A DNA stretch of 32,000 nt, from positions 1,200,001-1,232,000 of the forward strand of contig NC_000854.2 in the NCBI RefSeq assembly GCF_000011125.1, in the 5' to 3' direction. Positions 8,353 through 16,913 of the stretch are shown here, in pieces. This stretch comes from Aeropyrum pernix K1 (GTDB lineage: Archaea; Thermoproteota; Thermoprotei_A; Sulfolobales; Acidilobaceae). Position 1 is the first letter of the stretch. Every line of letters starts with the position of its first letter. A model generated the notes under the pieces. That model was not told the DNA's origin and made no database searches. It saw only the letters and a program-made list of their open reading frames with translations. The translations under genes and the position numbers were made by a program.

Positions 8353-9093
8353 CTACCCTAGATCTACAGGGGCTACTGCATAGGTTGTTGTTCCAGTCGT
8401 CGCATCAGAAGTAGAGTCTAGTGGCGGTAGCGTAGGCGGTATGACCCTCTCTAGTGTTAGGCTAGCTCCCGAGACCGCTCTGAGCTCTATCATTATCTTG
8501 TCATACGGTTCCAGATAATCGACATCTATTGTTGCTGTGGTATCGCTGTCTAACCGTATTATCAGAAGTCCTTTCTCGCCAAGCTCTAGCACGCTATCAC
8601 CGTCTCCGTTTATTACGTACACGTATGCATCGGTTGCTACGAATGGGCCTGGTGAAGTGGTGTAGGGTTCACATCCTGTGGGCGCGTTGCTGAGTACAGC
8701 CTCGAAGTCTTCTCCAGCAGATCCACTTGCGTAGCCGCAGTACACGTTCTCGTAGAAGCCGTTGGGGAGTAGTAACCTCACCGTTAGCTTGCTAGGATCG
8801 AGGTCTATTCCCTCTCTGCCAGGAGATATTTTTAGAGGTACTGCTAGAGCATCGACGACTATGTTGTAGCTGCCTGTAGTAGTGTCTGCATCTATTGCCC
8901 GGGCTATTACGCTGCCGTCGACCTCCAGGGCAGAGGTAGCCTCCTCAAGACCCCTCTGCATGACCTCCTTGCTCTTCTGGGTTGTGAACAGACCCATGTT
9001 GAGGGCGACGAACGCCAGCGCCGCAGCCACTATCACGAAAGCTATCAGAACTATCGCCGCCTCAATACCCACAATACCCCTTCGCCGCCTCAC
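8353..9093 (-). CDS. flaB: Archaellin FlaB (ArlB), upstream copy
   Basis: 246 aa. The first 64 aa are identical to the downstream copy and the C-terminal domain is divergent. The start codon is GTG (plus strand cac at 9091-9093). Confidence 0.9.
8902..9092 (-). repeat. 191-nt perfect direct repeat, copy 2 (5' end of upstream archaellin gene)
   Basis: Identical to 8140-8330; see copy 1. Confidence 0.95.
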
Positions 9094-9118
9094 GCTTTTG
9101 CACCCTTTGCCTTATGGA

Positions 9119-9135
9119 CCGTTATTTTAGATTGG
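9119..9135 (-). promoter_or_regulatory. Candidate archaellin promoter TATA box
   Basis: The minus strand reads CTAAAATAAC about 30-38 nt upstream of the GTG at 9093. This would give a very short leader. Confidence 0.35.
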
Positions 9136-9318
9136 CGGTGTACGCTGTAGAGGCTAATCTTCTTAGCGTAATACCTGGTGGGAGGGGGGTATTTAAGGGG
9201 GGTTGGCAGCGCCGGGCTTCTAACAGGTGTTTGGGTGTCTAGCCTGGTGTGCTGTTATCGTATTACCCAGGGTGTACTCTGTTTAAAAGCGGGGTTGATG
9301 CTGCGGGGGCCCTGGATT

Positions 9319-9945
9319 TTACTTTCTACGCGTGATTCTCGAGTAGACGGCCAACCCGGCTAGCCCTGTAGCCGTGCCCACGGCTATCAGCGCCTGCTCG
9401 GGGGTTCTCGAGTAGCCTTCTATAGTGTAGTGTAGGCTGTAGCCTATCTCGCCTCCTAGAGGTACGGCGACTATGGCTAGGGAGGACCCCGGTTTGAGCC
9501 TGGCCTGGGCTTCCGCCACTCCCGCCTCAGCCTTTATCTCCTCCACAGATCCCACCGTGGGTAGGAGCTGTATCGCCTGCTGGCTCGCCTTGACAACCCC
9601 CCACCCGTATACTATGCCTGCCCTTATGTCGGGCTCTACGTTCCTCCCGGTTATCTCTATGTTTATCGCGGAGAGCGCGTCGAACAGCATCATGGGGTCT
9701 CCAGAGACTGTGAGTAGGTAGGCCCGGGCAACGCCCTCTAGCCTGATCTCAAGTGTGCCGGAGGATGCTGTGGGCATCGCTGCTATAACCGCCGCACCTT
9801 CTGTGCCCACGGGTATGGAGCCGGACCAGCTGCTCTCGGTCTTAACCCCCCATAGGCTGGCGGCTAGGCCTGCCACTATGAGGCTCACTCCCAGCGCCAC
9901 CAGCAGCCTCGAGGCGAGTCCTCCGAGCACTCTCGAGGTTTTCAA
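9319..9945 (-). CDS. Bitopic membrane protein of unknown function (N-terminal and C-terminal TM helices, extracytoplasmic middle)
   Basis: 208 aa. The N-terminal helix is LLVALGVSLIVAGLAASLW. The C-terminal helix ALIAVGTATGLAGLAVY is followed by SRITRRK. There is a 4-nt overlap with the upstream ABC-2 permease gene. Confidence 0.5.
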   Translation of the reverse strand: MKTSRVLGGLASRLLVALGVSLIVAGLAASLWGVKTESSWSGSIPVGTEGAAVIAAMPTASSGTLEIRLEGVARAYLLTVSGDPMMLFDALSAINIEITGRNVEPDIRAGIVYGWGVVKASQQAIQLLPTVGSVEEIKAEAGVAEAQARLKPGSSLAIVAVPLGGEIGYSLHYTIEGYSRTPEQALIAVGTATGLAGLAVYSRITRRK

Positions 9946-10697
9946 GGCTCAAGCCTCCTTGTGAAGTAGAGTATGGAGGCTGCCGCGGCCGAGAGGGCTA
10001 GGAGGGGGACTAGGAGGGGCTGCCAGGCCTGTATCTCCCCTCCTCCGTAGTGGAGGATGGCGACGCCTGGGAGGTATGATGCTGTCGCCAGCTCCACCAG
10101 TATCTCCCGGCCTGTAACCCTTCCGAGGAGGTAGAGTAGGGTTGAGGCGACCACTATGTATGCGAAGTAGAATGCCACGCTTAGTATACCGCTCGTCCCC
10201 GGGCTCCGTGATGCGAGGGCTATTAGCATGAAGAAGGAGCCGTACATTACAGCCTGCACCGTGTAGGCTGTGAAGGTTGCCAGGTACTCCAGGGGGGAGC
10301 CTAGGGCTACGGGCATCATTACTATGGCGACTGCCACTGTTGGCGCGCCGAGTATGGCCAGGCTTGGCACTAGTACTCTGCTTGTGTATAGGGCTATGGC
10401 TAGGTGGAGTCTGCCTATGGGGTAGGAGGCTATTAGCTGTAGGAGCCCGTTCTCCGCCATACACGTTATACCAGCAGCCCCCCTGAGGGCTAGGAATATT
10501 GTTGCGGCGAAGAGCGTGGGGTCTAGGGCGTAGCTAAGCATGTAGGAGGCGCTTGTGAAGGGCTGTATGACGACTAGCACAGAGGCCAGGCTCCCCACTA
10601 TTATGGCGAGGACGTCGAGGCCCGGGGGCTTGAGTGTGTCCATCAGGTCGACGAGGGCTACTATACCCGCCCTCTTCAGCATGCCCGGCCTGGTCAC
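9942..10697 (-). CDS. ABC-2-type transporter permease
   Basis: 251 aa with about 6 hydrophobic helices. It has 4-nt overlaps with the ABC ATPase gene upstream and the 208-aa gene downstream. Confidence 0.6.
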   Translation of the reverse strand: MTRPGMLKRAGIVALVDLMDTLKPPGLDVLAIIVGSLASVLVVIQPFTSASYMLSYALDPTLFAATIFLALRGAAGITCMAENGLLQLIASYPIGRLHLAIALYTSRVLVPSLAILGAPTVAVAIVMMPVALGSPLEYLATFTAYTVQAVMYGSFFMLIALASRSPGTSGILSVAFYFAYIVVASTLLYLLGRVTGREILVELATASYLPGVAILHYGGGEIQAWQPLLVPLLALSAAAASILYFTRRLEP

Positions 10698-11650
10698 CCC
10701 GCCATCGCCTCCTCTACACCGGGCTCTACTAGGTCCACGCCGAGGACCTCAACGCCCTCTCTCCCCAGCCTGGCGAGGGCCTCGTAGAATCTGTGGAGCG
10801 GGCCGTCGACCCTGACTACGACTCCCAGCCCGTCCTCCCTGGCCTCGAACCCGAGGCTCCTGAGGAGCTCGGCGGCGAGGCTGGGGTTTGAGGTCCTCAG
10901 CCTGGCGAGCCCGGCCCTCCTGAAGAGGTCCTCCGGGCTCCCCTCGGCCGCGAGCCTGCCGCCCGCCAGCACGTATATCCTGGTGGCGACCCTCAGCAGC
11001 TCTACTATGACGTGGCTTGAGACGAGGAGGGATAGACCATGCTCCCTGTTGAGCCTGGCGAGCAGCCTGAGGACCTCCCTCCTCTCCAGGGGGTCTAGGT
11101 TCGAGGTGGGCTCGTCCGCCACCAGGAACCTGGGCTCCCCTAGGAGCGCGTGGGCTATCGCCGCCCTCTGCTTCAGCCCCGCGCTCAGCTGCGGGAAGGT
11201 CTTCCACTCGTGGCCCTCGAGCCCGGCTGCCCTTATAGCCCAGTCAACCCTGGAGGGGCTGGAGCCGATGATCGCCGCCGCAGACTCGAGGAACTCCACC
11301 ACAGGCATCGATGAGGGCAGGTTGGGCCTCTCGAAGACGACGCCCACGCCCTCCCTAGCCCTGGGCTCCCGCCACGGGTCCAGCCCGTTGAGAAGCACTC
11401 TCCCCCCGTCCCTCCTAGCGAGGCCTAGAGAGACCTTTATCAGAGTGGTCTTCCCGGCCCCGTTGGGACCTACGAGGCCCACGGCCTCCCCGCGGCCCAC
11501 CTCGAGGTCGACACGGTCGAGCACCGGCTGGCCTCTATACTTCTTCACAACACCTCTAGCCTCGAGAACGGTGTCCAAAAACCTTCCCCCGCGACAGCCA
11601 TAGACAGCTAGGTGCCCTTTGGCTGCTTTATCCTGGAGACCCTGCCCCAA
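10694..11650 (-). CDS. ABC transporter ATP-binding protein
   Basis: Walker A GPNGAGKTT, signature LSAGLKQR and Walker B FLVADEPTSNLD. The true start may be later, for example an in-frame TTG just before DTVLEARGVVKKY, because the first ~25 aa overlap the MFS gene end. Confidence 0.9.
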   Translation of the reverse strand: MGQGLQDKAAKGHLAVYGCRGGRFLDTVLEARGVVKKYRGQPVLDRVDLEVGRGEAVGLVGPNGAGKTTLIKVSLGLARRDGGRVLLNGLDPWREPRAREGVGVVFERPNLPSSMPVVEFLESAAAIIGSSPSRVDWAIRAAGLEGHEWKTFPQLSAGLKQRAAIAHALLGEPRFLVADEPTSNLDPLERREVLRLLARLNREHGLSLLVSSHVIVELLRVATRIYVLAGGRLAAEGSPEDLFRRAGLARLRTSNPSLAAELLRSLGFEAREDGLGVVVRVDGPLHRFYEALARLGREGVEVLGVDLVEPGVEEAMAG

Positions 11651-12872
11651 CCATTTTGAGGGAGAGTATTGAGAGGGCCGCCAGGAGTAGGGTGCTCCCG
11701 GCGATCCCCAGCGCTATCCCCTCCAGCCCCATGGCCCCGCTTAGCACTCCCCCGAGGGGTGCTCCCACCGCGACTCCCAGTATGTTGCTGACCTGCTGTA
11801 TGGCTATAGAGGTCCCCCGGGACCATGGGGGGACCGTTATGGCTAGGTAGGTGCTTAGAGTCATTCCAGCCCCTATAAGCGGGCCGTAGAGGGCCGCGAA
11901 CACCAGGACCCCGGGGTGAGATGGGCTCTGGGCTAGTGCTGCGGCGCCCGCGAGGGCCGAGGCTGAAGCGGCTGCCAAGGCTAGGGCGCCGCGCCCAGCG
12001 TCTATAAGCCTGCCCGAGAGGAGGAAGGCTGGCAGTGACGCTATCGAGGCTACCCCTATGGAGAGGCCCGCCAGTGCAGAGGCTTCCTCCTCACCCTCCA
12101 CAACACCCTCCCCCGTCAGGGCTGTCGATAGCCCGCCCACAAGTATGCCGAACCCCAGGTATAGGCTGGCCATGGTTGCCGCGGCGCCTAAGACCTTGAG
12201 CCTGGAGGCCATGAGACCCCTCGCCACTCCAGCCCTCCTGGCGATGCCCGAGTCCCTGTAGGGTAGCGCCACGGCGGCTGCCGTGCCGATGGCTAGTATT
12301 AGGGAGAGGAGCCTTAGGGCGTTCTGGAAGCCCAACATCTCGACGGCCCTGCCCCCAGCCGCCGAGCCTAGGGCCACCCCGGCGCCTATTACCGCTAGGT
12401 AGCGGCCTGCGGCGTAGCCCTCGCCACCCCTCCTGCTCGTGTCGCCAACTATGGAGAAGAAGGCGGGGTAGACTAGGCTGCCCCCGATGGCGTGGAGGCC
12501 CCTGTAGAGGGCTAGCTCTCCCGGTGTTGAGGCTGTGGTGTATAGCGTTACCGCTAGGGTGTCCCAGGCGAGGCCGGCTATGAGGGCCTTCTTCCTCCCC
12601 ACCTTATCCACGACAATCCCCGCCGCTATGCTGGCTGGTATGGCGGCCATGCTGTAGAGGCCGGCTATGAAGCCGGCCTCAGCCTTCGACGCGCCGAGGT
12701 GCTCTGCGTACGCTGCCACAACCCCTAGGAGGAACGCCGTGTCCATTAGTCCTGCGAAGCCTGCTAAGGCGAGGAGGAGGCTACCCCTTCCCCCCAGCCC
12801 GGGCAGCGCCAACCCTGCCTCGACCCCGCGGGAGGGCTGCGGTAGCCTGCTAGCCGTGGAGCGCCTCTGCAA
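11628..12872 (-). CDS. MFS-type transporter
   Basis: 414 aa, about 12 hydrophobic helices, Gly/Ala-rich, with a D-K-V-G-R-K-K loop between early helices that is typical of MFS motif A. The start is uncertain (23-nt overlap with the upstream gene). Confidence 0.8.
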   Translation of the reverse strand: MQRRSTASRLPQPSRGVEAGLALPGLGGRGSLLLALAGFAGLMDTAFLLGVVAAYAEHLGASKAEAGFIAGLYSMAAIPASIAAGIVVDKVGRKKALIAGLAWDTLAVTLYTTASTPGELALYRGLHAIGGSLVYPAFFSIVGDTSRRGGEGYAAGRYLAVIGAGVALGSAAGGRAVEMLGFQNALRLLSLILAIGTAAAVALPYRDSGIARRAGVARGLMASRLKVLGAAATMASLYLGFGILVGGLSTALTGEGVVEGEEEASALAGLSIGVASIASLPAFLLSGRLIDAGRGALALAAASASALAGAAALAQSPSHPGVLVFAALYGPLIGAGMTLSTYLAITVPPWSRGTSIAIQQVSNILGVAVGAPLGGVLSGAMGLEGIALGIAGSTLLLAALSILSLKMVGAGSPG

Positions 12873-14175
12873 CTCGCCTGTAGAACTCTACAGCGGCCTC
12901 CAGCTGCCTTATCTCGACGTACTCGTCGGGGCCGTGCACGTTCCCCCCGAGGGGTCCATAGTCTATGGCCTGGGAGCCCCTCGGGCTGAAGTACCTGCTG
13001 TCGCTGGCCCCGGCCGCCTCCCGGGGCTCCCCGGGGAGGCCTAGGGACTGGTTCACCCTTAGGGCGAGCTTGACCAGCTCTGCACTGCTGGGGGTGTAGA
13101 GGTAGCCCCCTCCCCCGGTAACCCTGTACTCCCACTCCACACGGGAGCCGAGGCTCTCCTCTAGGCTTCTGGCCACTGCCTCGTCGACAGCAGCCGGGTC
13201 CCCGGTCATGGCCCTGACGTCGACAATAACCTCATGCCAGCCCTCCGCAAGCCTGTAGACGTTGGGTGTGGCGGTGACGCCGTAGTCGCTGTAGAGGAGC
13301 CTGCCTGGGGTTATGCGGGAGAGTGGTATGAGGCTTTTCAGCAGGGCTGTTAGGCCGGGGTCGTAGACACCATGCCCTCCGCCCCCGGGCTCTAGGGCCT
13401 CTAGCTCGACGCTAGCGGGGAGGACGTTGCTCTTCACCCACTCGCCGCTGAGGCTTGAGGCGAGCAGGCCGGCCTCCCTGACCAGGGCGGCCGCGGTTAG
13501 TAGGGGGTGGCTGTCGACGCCGGGTATGAAGTAGGCTGCGTGCCTCGTCGGCCTCCCCCTCACCTCCAGACCCAGCCTCATAACACGCCTCGAAACACCC
13601 TCGGCGTCAGCCCTCTCAGCCCTAACCCTTACTATGGCGTTGAAAACGTTCCTCCTCCTAGTTATCACCGCCCCCATGCTCCCGTCGCCATTGACAACAT
13701 AGTCAGGCCACAAACCCTCAGACCTGAGCCTCCCCGCCAGCCACCCAGCACCCCTCTCCCCGCCTATCTCCTCATCCCCTGTGAAAGCTATGATGACAGT
13801 CCCGCGGCCGGGCTCGAAGCCGGAGAGGGCGAGGGATATGGCGGCCACGTTGGACTTATCGTCAGCAGCGCCCCTGCCGTAGAGCCTGCCACCCTTAACC
13901 ACGGGCTTGAAAGGCTCGGTAACCCTCCACCCTGGCCCCGGGGGGACCACGTCGAAGTGGGCCATGAAGAGGGTTACAGGCCTCCCCGAGCCCGCCATGT
14001 AGAGGAGTATGGGCACGCCCTCATTCTCCACAAGCTCCATGTCAAGCCCTGCATGCTCCCTCACAGCACGCCTAACCTCCTCGGCCTCGCCAACACCAAC
14101 CAGCCTACCAGCGGAAGGGTCGTTTACACTCTCAACCTCAACTAGACTAGAAAGAAACTCCACTACACCAGCCAC
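12850..14175 (-). CDS. M20-family metallopeptidase/deacylase (ArgE/DapE/LysK-like)
   Basis: 441 aa with a GTG start. It carries the M20 hallmarks LFMAHFDVVPPG and GRGAADDKS, plus FTGDEEIGG. Confidence 0.85.
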   Translation of the reverse strand: MAGVVEFLSSLVEVESVNDPSAGRLVGVGEAEEVRRAVREHAGLDMELVENEGVPILLYMAGSGRPVTLFMAHFDVVPPGPGWRVTEPFKPVVKGGRLYGRGAADDKSNVAAISLALSGFEPGRGTVIIAFTGDEEIGGERGAGWLAGRLRSEGLWPDYVVNGDGSMGAVITRRRNVFNAIVRVRAERADAEGVSRRVMRLGLEVRGRPTRHAAYFIPGVDSHPLLTAAALVREAGLLASSLSGEWVKSNVLPASVELEALEPGGGGHGVYDPGLTALLKSLIPLSRITPGRLLYSDYGVTATPNVYRLAEGWHEVIVDVRAMTGDPAAVDEAVARSLEESLGSRVEWEYRVTGGGGYLYTPSSAELVKLALRVNQSLGLPGEPREAAGASDSRYFSPRGSQAIDYGPLGGNVHGPDEYVEIRQLEAAVEFYRRVAEALHG

Positions 14176-14221
14176 CGGACTGCACCAGGTGGGAACAGAG
14201 CGTGCCGCGGGTTGTTAAAGC

Positions 14222-14247
14222 TAGAGTATAGCCTAGGCTATACTCTA
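14222..14247. repeat. 26-nt perfect palindrome TAGAGTATAGCCT/AGGCTATACTCTA
   Basis: Read directly from the sequence. It lies between the distal strand of the 23S processing helix (14291-14314) and the M20 gene start (14175). Confidence 0.9.
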
Positions 14248-14290
14248 CAATGACTACTGCGTAAATAGCCGGGAGAAGAAGAGGGAAGGC

Positions 14291-14314
14291 GAGCGCCGCC
14301 TCCATCCACCAGCG
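14291..14314 (-). repeat. 23S processing-helix strand (3' flank); pairs with 18492-18515
   Basis: GAGCGCCGCCTCCATCCACCAGCG is the exact reverse complement of 18492-18515 (24 bp). A second helix pairs 14413-14426 with 18382-18395 (14 bp). Confidence 0.85.
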
Positions 14315-14799
14315 AGGGACAGCCGAGGGCGCACGGGGCGCCACAGTCAGAGCAGCAGAGCCACTCCCCCAGCGCTCCCCACCCCAGGGAGCCGCCAAGG
14401 CCCCACACCAGAGGCCGCCGGGCCCTCTGGACCCCGCTCAGGGGCGGACAGCGCAGCCATACACCATGCTGCCCGCCCCCAGGCGAGCAGCCTACGGCCT
14501 CGGGCGATTGGGAGCGGCGGGCTACACCCCTCGAGGGCTAAGCCCCCTCGGGGCTCACACCCCCGCCCCATCAACCCCGTCTTCTACGGGAGCCCTCGTG
14601 GACGCCGGCACCAGGCCGGCGCCCAACGGCCGCCTCTTTTCGGGGAGGGGTTCCCGCTTAGATGCTTTCAGCGGTTACCCCCTACGGCTTAGCTGCCCGG
14701 CGTTGCCCACCAGGACAACCGGTACACCAGAGGCCGCGGCGCCCCGTTCCTCTCGTACTAAGGGCACCTTCCCCTCAGGCGGCCCACACCCCCCGCGGG

Positions 14800-14838
<39 letters not shown>

Positions 14839-15479
14839 ACGTTCCCCTTTAATGGGCGGGCAGCCCCACCCTTGGGGGCTGCTGCACCCCCAGGATGGGA
14901 AGAGCCGACATCGAGGTAGCAAACCGCGGGGTCGATGGGGGCTCTCGCCCGCGACGACTCTGTTATCCCCGGGGTAACTTTTCTGTCGTGCCCGGCCCCC
15001 ACCGAGGGGGCACGAGCGTGCGCTAGGCCACGGTTTCCCGGCCGGACCCCTTGCTTTCAGGGGTCCGGTCAGGCCGGCTTTTGCCCTTGCACTCTACGGC
15101 GGAGTTCTGACCCGCCTGAGCCGACCTTTGGGCGCCCGTGTTACCCTTTCGCGGGCGTGCCGCCCCAGCCAAACCGCCCACCCGACGCTGTCCCCCGCCC
15201 ACCCGGGGCGGGGTTAGGCCCCCGGGCGGGGGTGGGTGGTGTTTCATGGACGCCTCCCCACCCCCCGGAGAGGGTGGCTCATCGGCTCCCACCTACGCTA
15301 CGCACCCCCGCCCGGGGGCCAACGCCGGGCTGCGGTAAAGCTCCACGGGGTCTTCTCTCCCTGCGGGGGGATGCCGGACTGTGCATCGGCTCAGGGGGTT
15401 CACGGGGCCCCGGGCCAGGACAGTGGGGACCTCGTTGACCCGTTCATGCGCGCCGGAACTTACCCGGCAAGGCATTTGG

Positions 15480-15983
15480 CTACCTTTCTCCCGGGGGCTC
15501 CACCGCCTTATCACAAGGAATAATCTTCAAAATTTCTTCTAGCGAGCGTTTTCGCTTAGACTTTTTATTTAGGCTAGATAGGGAGTACGATTTCAATACC
15601 AAGTCTCTTATGACGCAGCACTCGACTCGTCTATATTTCATTCGGGTTAACGTTAATACAATCTCACGGAACATCTCGAATCCTCTTTTCTTGACGATTA
15701 ATGGTAGACGATCCAATTTAGGGATTAGACAATCAGCAAGAGCCTCTAGCCTATCAACCACATATAATGTTAGATGTTCTTGACCTGGTTTCGGCATCAA
15801 CCTGCCACAGCCAAAGTAGTTTTTCACCACGTTTAACACGTCTTTGCTGTCTTGTGTTATACTGAACACAGGATCGACGCGCACACGACATCTTAGATCC
15901 TCTTGAATTTTTATGCTTACTGAGAGGCTAGCTTCGGCATCTATTATTCCCGCCACATATCCCTCCAGTAGACACTGATCCAC
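15480..15983 (-). CDS. Single-motif LAGLIDADG homing endonuclease (intron-encoded)
   Basis: 167 aa with a GTG start. The motif YVAGIIDAEASL sits at residues 9-20, and the size is typical of homodimeric I-CreI/I-CeuI-type enzymes. GAGG lies 10-13 nt upstream. The stop codon TAG (15480-15482) lies in the 3' exon, inside GGTAGCC. Confidence 0.85.
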   Translation of the reverse strand: MDQCLLEGYVAGIIDAEASLSVSIKIQEDLRCRVRVDPVFSITQDSKDVLNVVKNYFGCGRLMPKPGQEHLTLYVVDRLEALADCLIPKLDRLPLIVKKRGFEMFREIVLTLTRMKYRRVECCVIRDLVLKSYSLSSLNKKSKRKRSLEEILKIIPCDKAVEPPGER

Positions 15984-16058
15984 TCTAATCTATCCTCAAT
16001 AAGAAGCCAAGAAACCAAAACCCTAATATATACTGTGACTGGCGGTGGATAACCCCCG
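15485..16058 (-). mobile_element. Archaeal 23S rRNA intron (about 574 nt) carrying a LAGLIDADG ORF; inserted in GACTCTCTTAA|GGTAGCCAAATGCC
   Basis: It interrupts a universally conserved 23S block just 3' of helix 69 (about E. coli 1927). Junction placement is ambiguous by 2 nt (TT). The insert is AT-rich compared with the exons. Confidence 0.9.
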
Positions 16059-16913
16059 TTAAGAGAGTCAGGGTTACTCCCGGCCTTCAGCGGCGCTTCG
16101 CCGGGTTGTACCCCGGTTTCACGGACCGCCAGTGGCCAGGGCTCACCCCCCGTACACACCCTTTTCGGGCTAGCGGGGAGCTATGTTTTTGTTAAACAGT
16201 CAGGCCCCCCTAGGCACTGCGACCTGCGGTCCCAGGGTTCGAGCCCCAGGACCGCAGGCACCCCTTCTCCCGAAGTTACGGGGCCAATTTGCCGAGTTCC
16301 CTGGCCCGGGTTAGCCCCCAGACGCCTTGGGCTGCTCACCCAGGGGCACCTGTGTCGGTTCTCGGTACGGGCGCGGGGGATCCTTCCCCACCCCCTTTTC
16401 AAGGGCCCCAGGGGTCGGCGGAACCCGCCATAGGCGGGCCATTCCCCCCTTCGGCCGGTTCTCGCCGTTACGGCACTCCCCGGCCTTCGGCAGGTTAGCC
16501 GGGTCGCCCCCCTAAGGGGGCCCCCGGTCCGCCTACCCCGAGGCGTCGGGGGTGGGGCCTTGCGTTGCCGCGAAGCGTACCCCCGCGGCACGGGAATGTT
16601 AACCCGTTTCCCCTTCCCGGGATCCGTGTTACGGTCCCGGTTAGGACCGGCTGACCCCCGGCTGACGACCATTGCCGGGGAACCCTTGCCCTTTCCGGCG
16701 GCGGGGATTCTCACCCCGCTTCGCTGTTACTACCGCCGGGATCCGCGCTCGGGGCGGCTCCACCGGACCTCGCGGCCCGGCTTCTACGCCACCCCGACGC
16801 CCGCCTACCGCACGCGGCTCCATCGGAGCCGCGGCCCGGGGTCTCGGCGGCCGGCTTAAGCCCCGACCAATCTTCGGGGCCCCCCGCCTCGGCGGGTGAG
16901 CTGTTACGCACTC

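Noticed and set aside
9949-13628. Long alternative-frame or antisense ORFs within the GC-rich operon (9949-10464, 10749-11207, 10983-11603, 12667-13044, 12764-13135). The same applies to 13507-14145 and 23062-23628 elsewhere.
   Set aside because: Each is fully embedded in a gene with clear family motifs (ABC, MFS, M20, ABC-2). Their translations are low complexity (R/P/A/S-rich), typical of shadow ORFs in high-GC DNA.
15485-16058. My junction placement gives 574 nt for the large 23S intron, but I vaguely recall about 575 nt from the literature.
   Set aside because: The 1-nt difference is within the uncertainty of my memory and of junction placement. The other two introns come out at 699 and 202 nt, so I do not treat this as a real discrepancy or strain difference.
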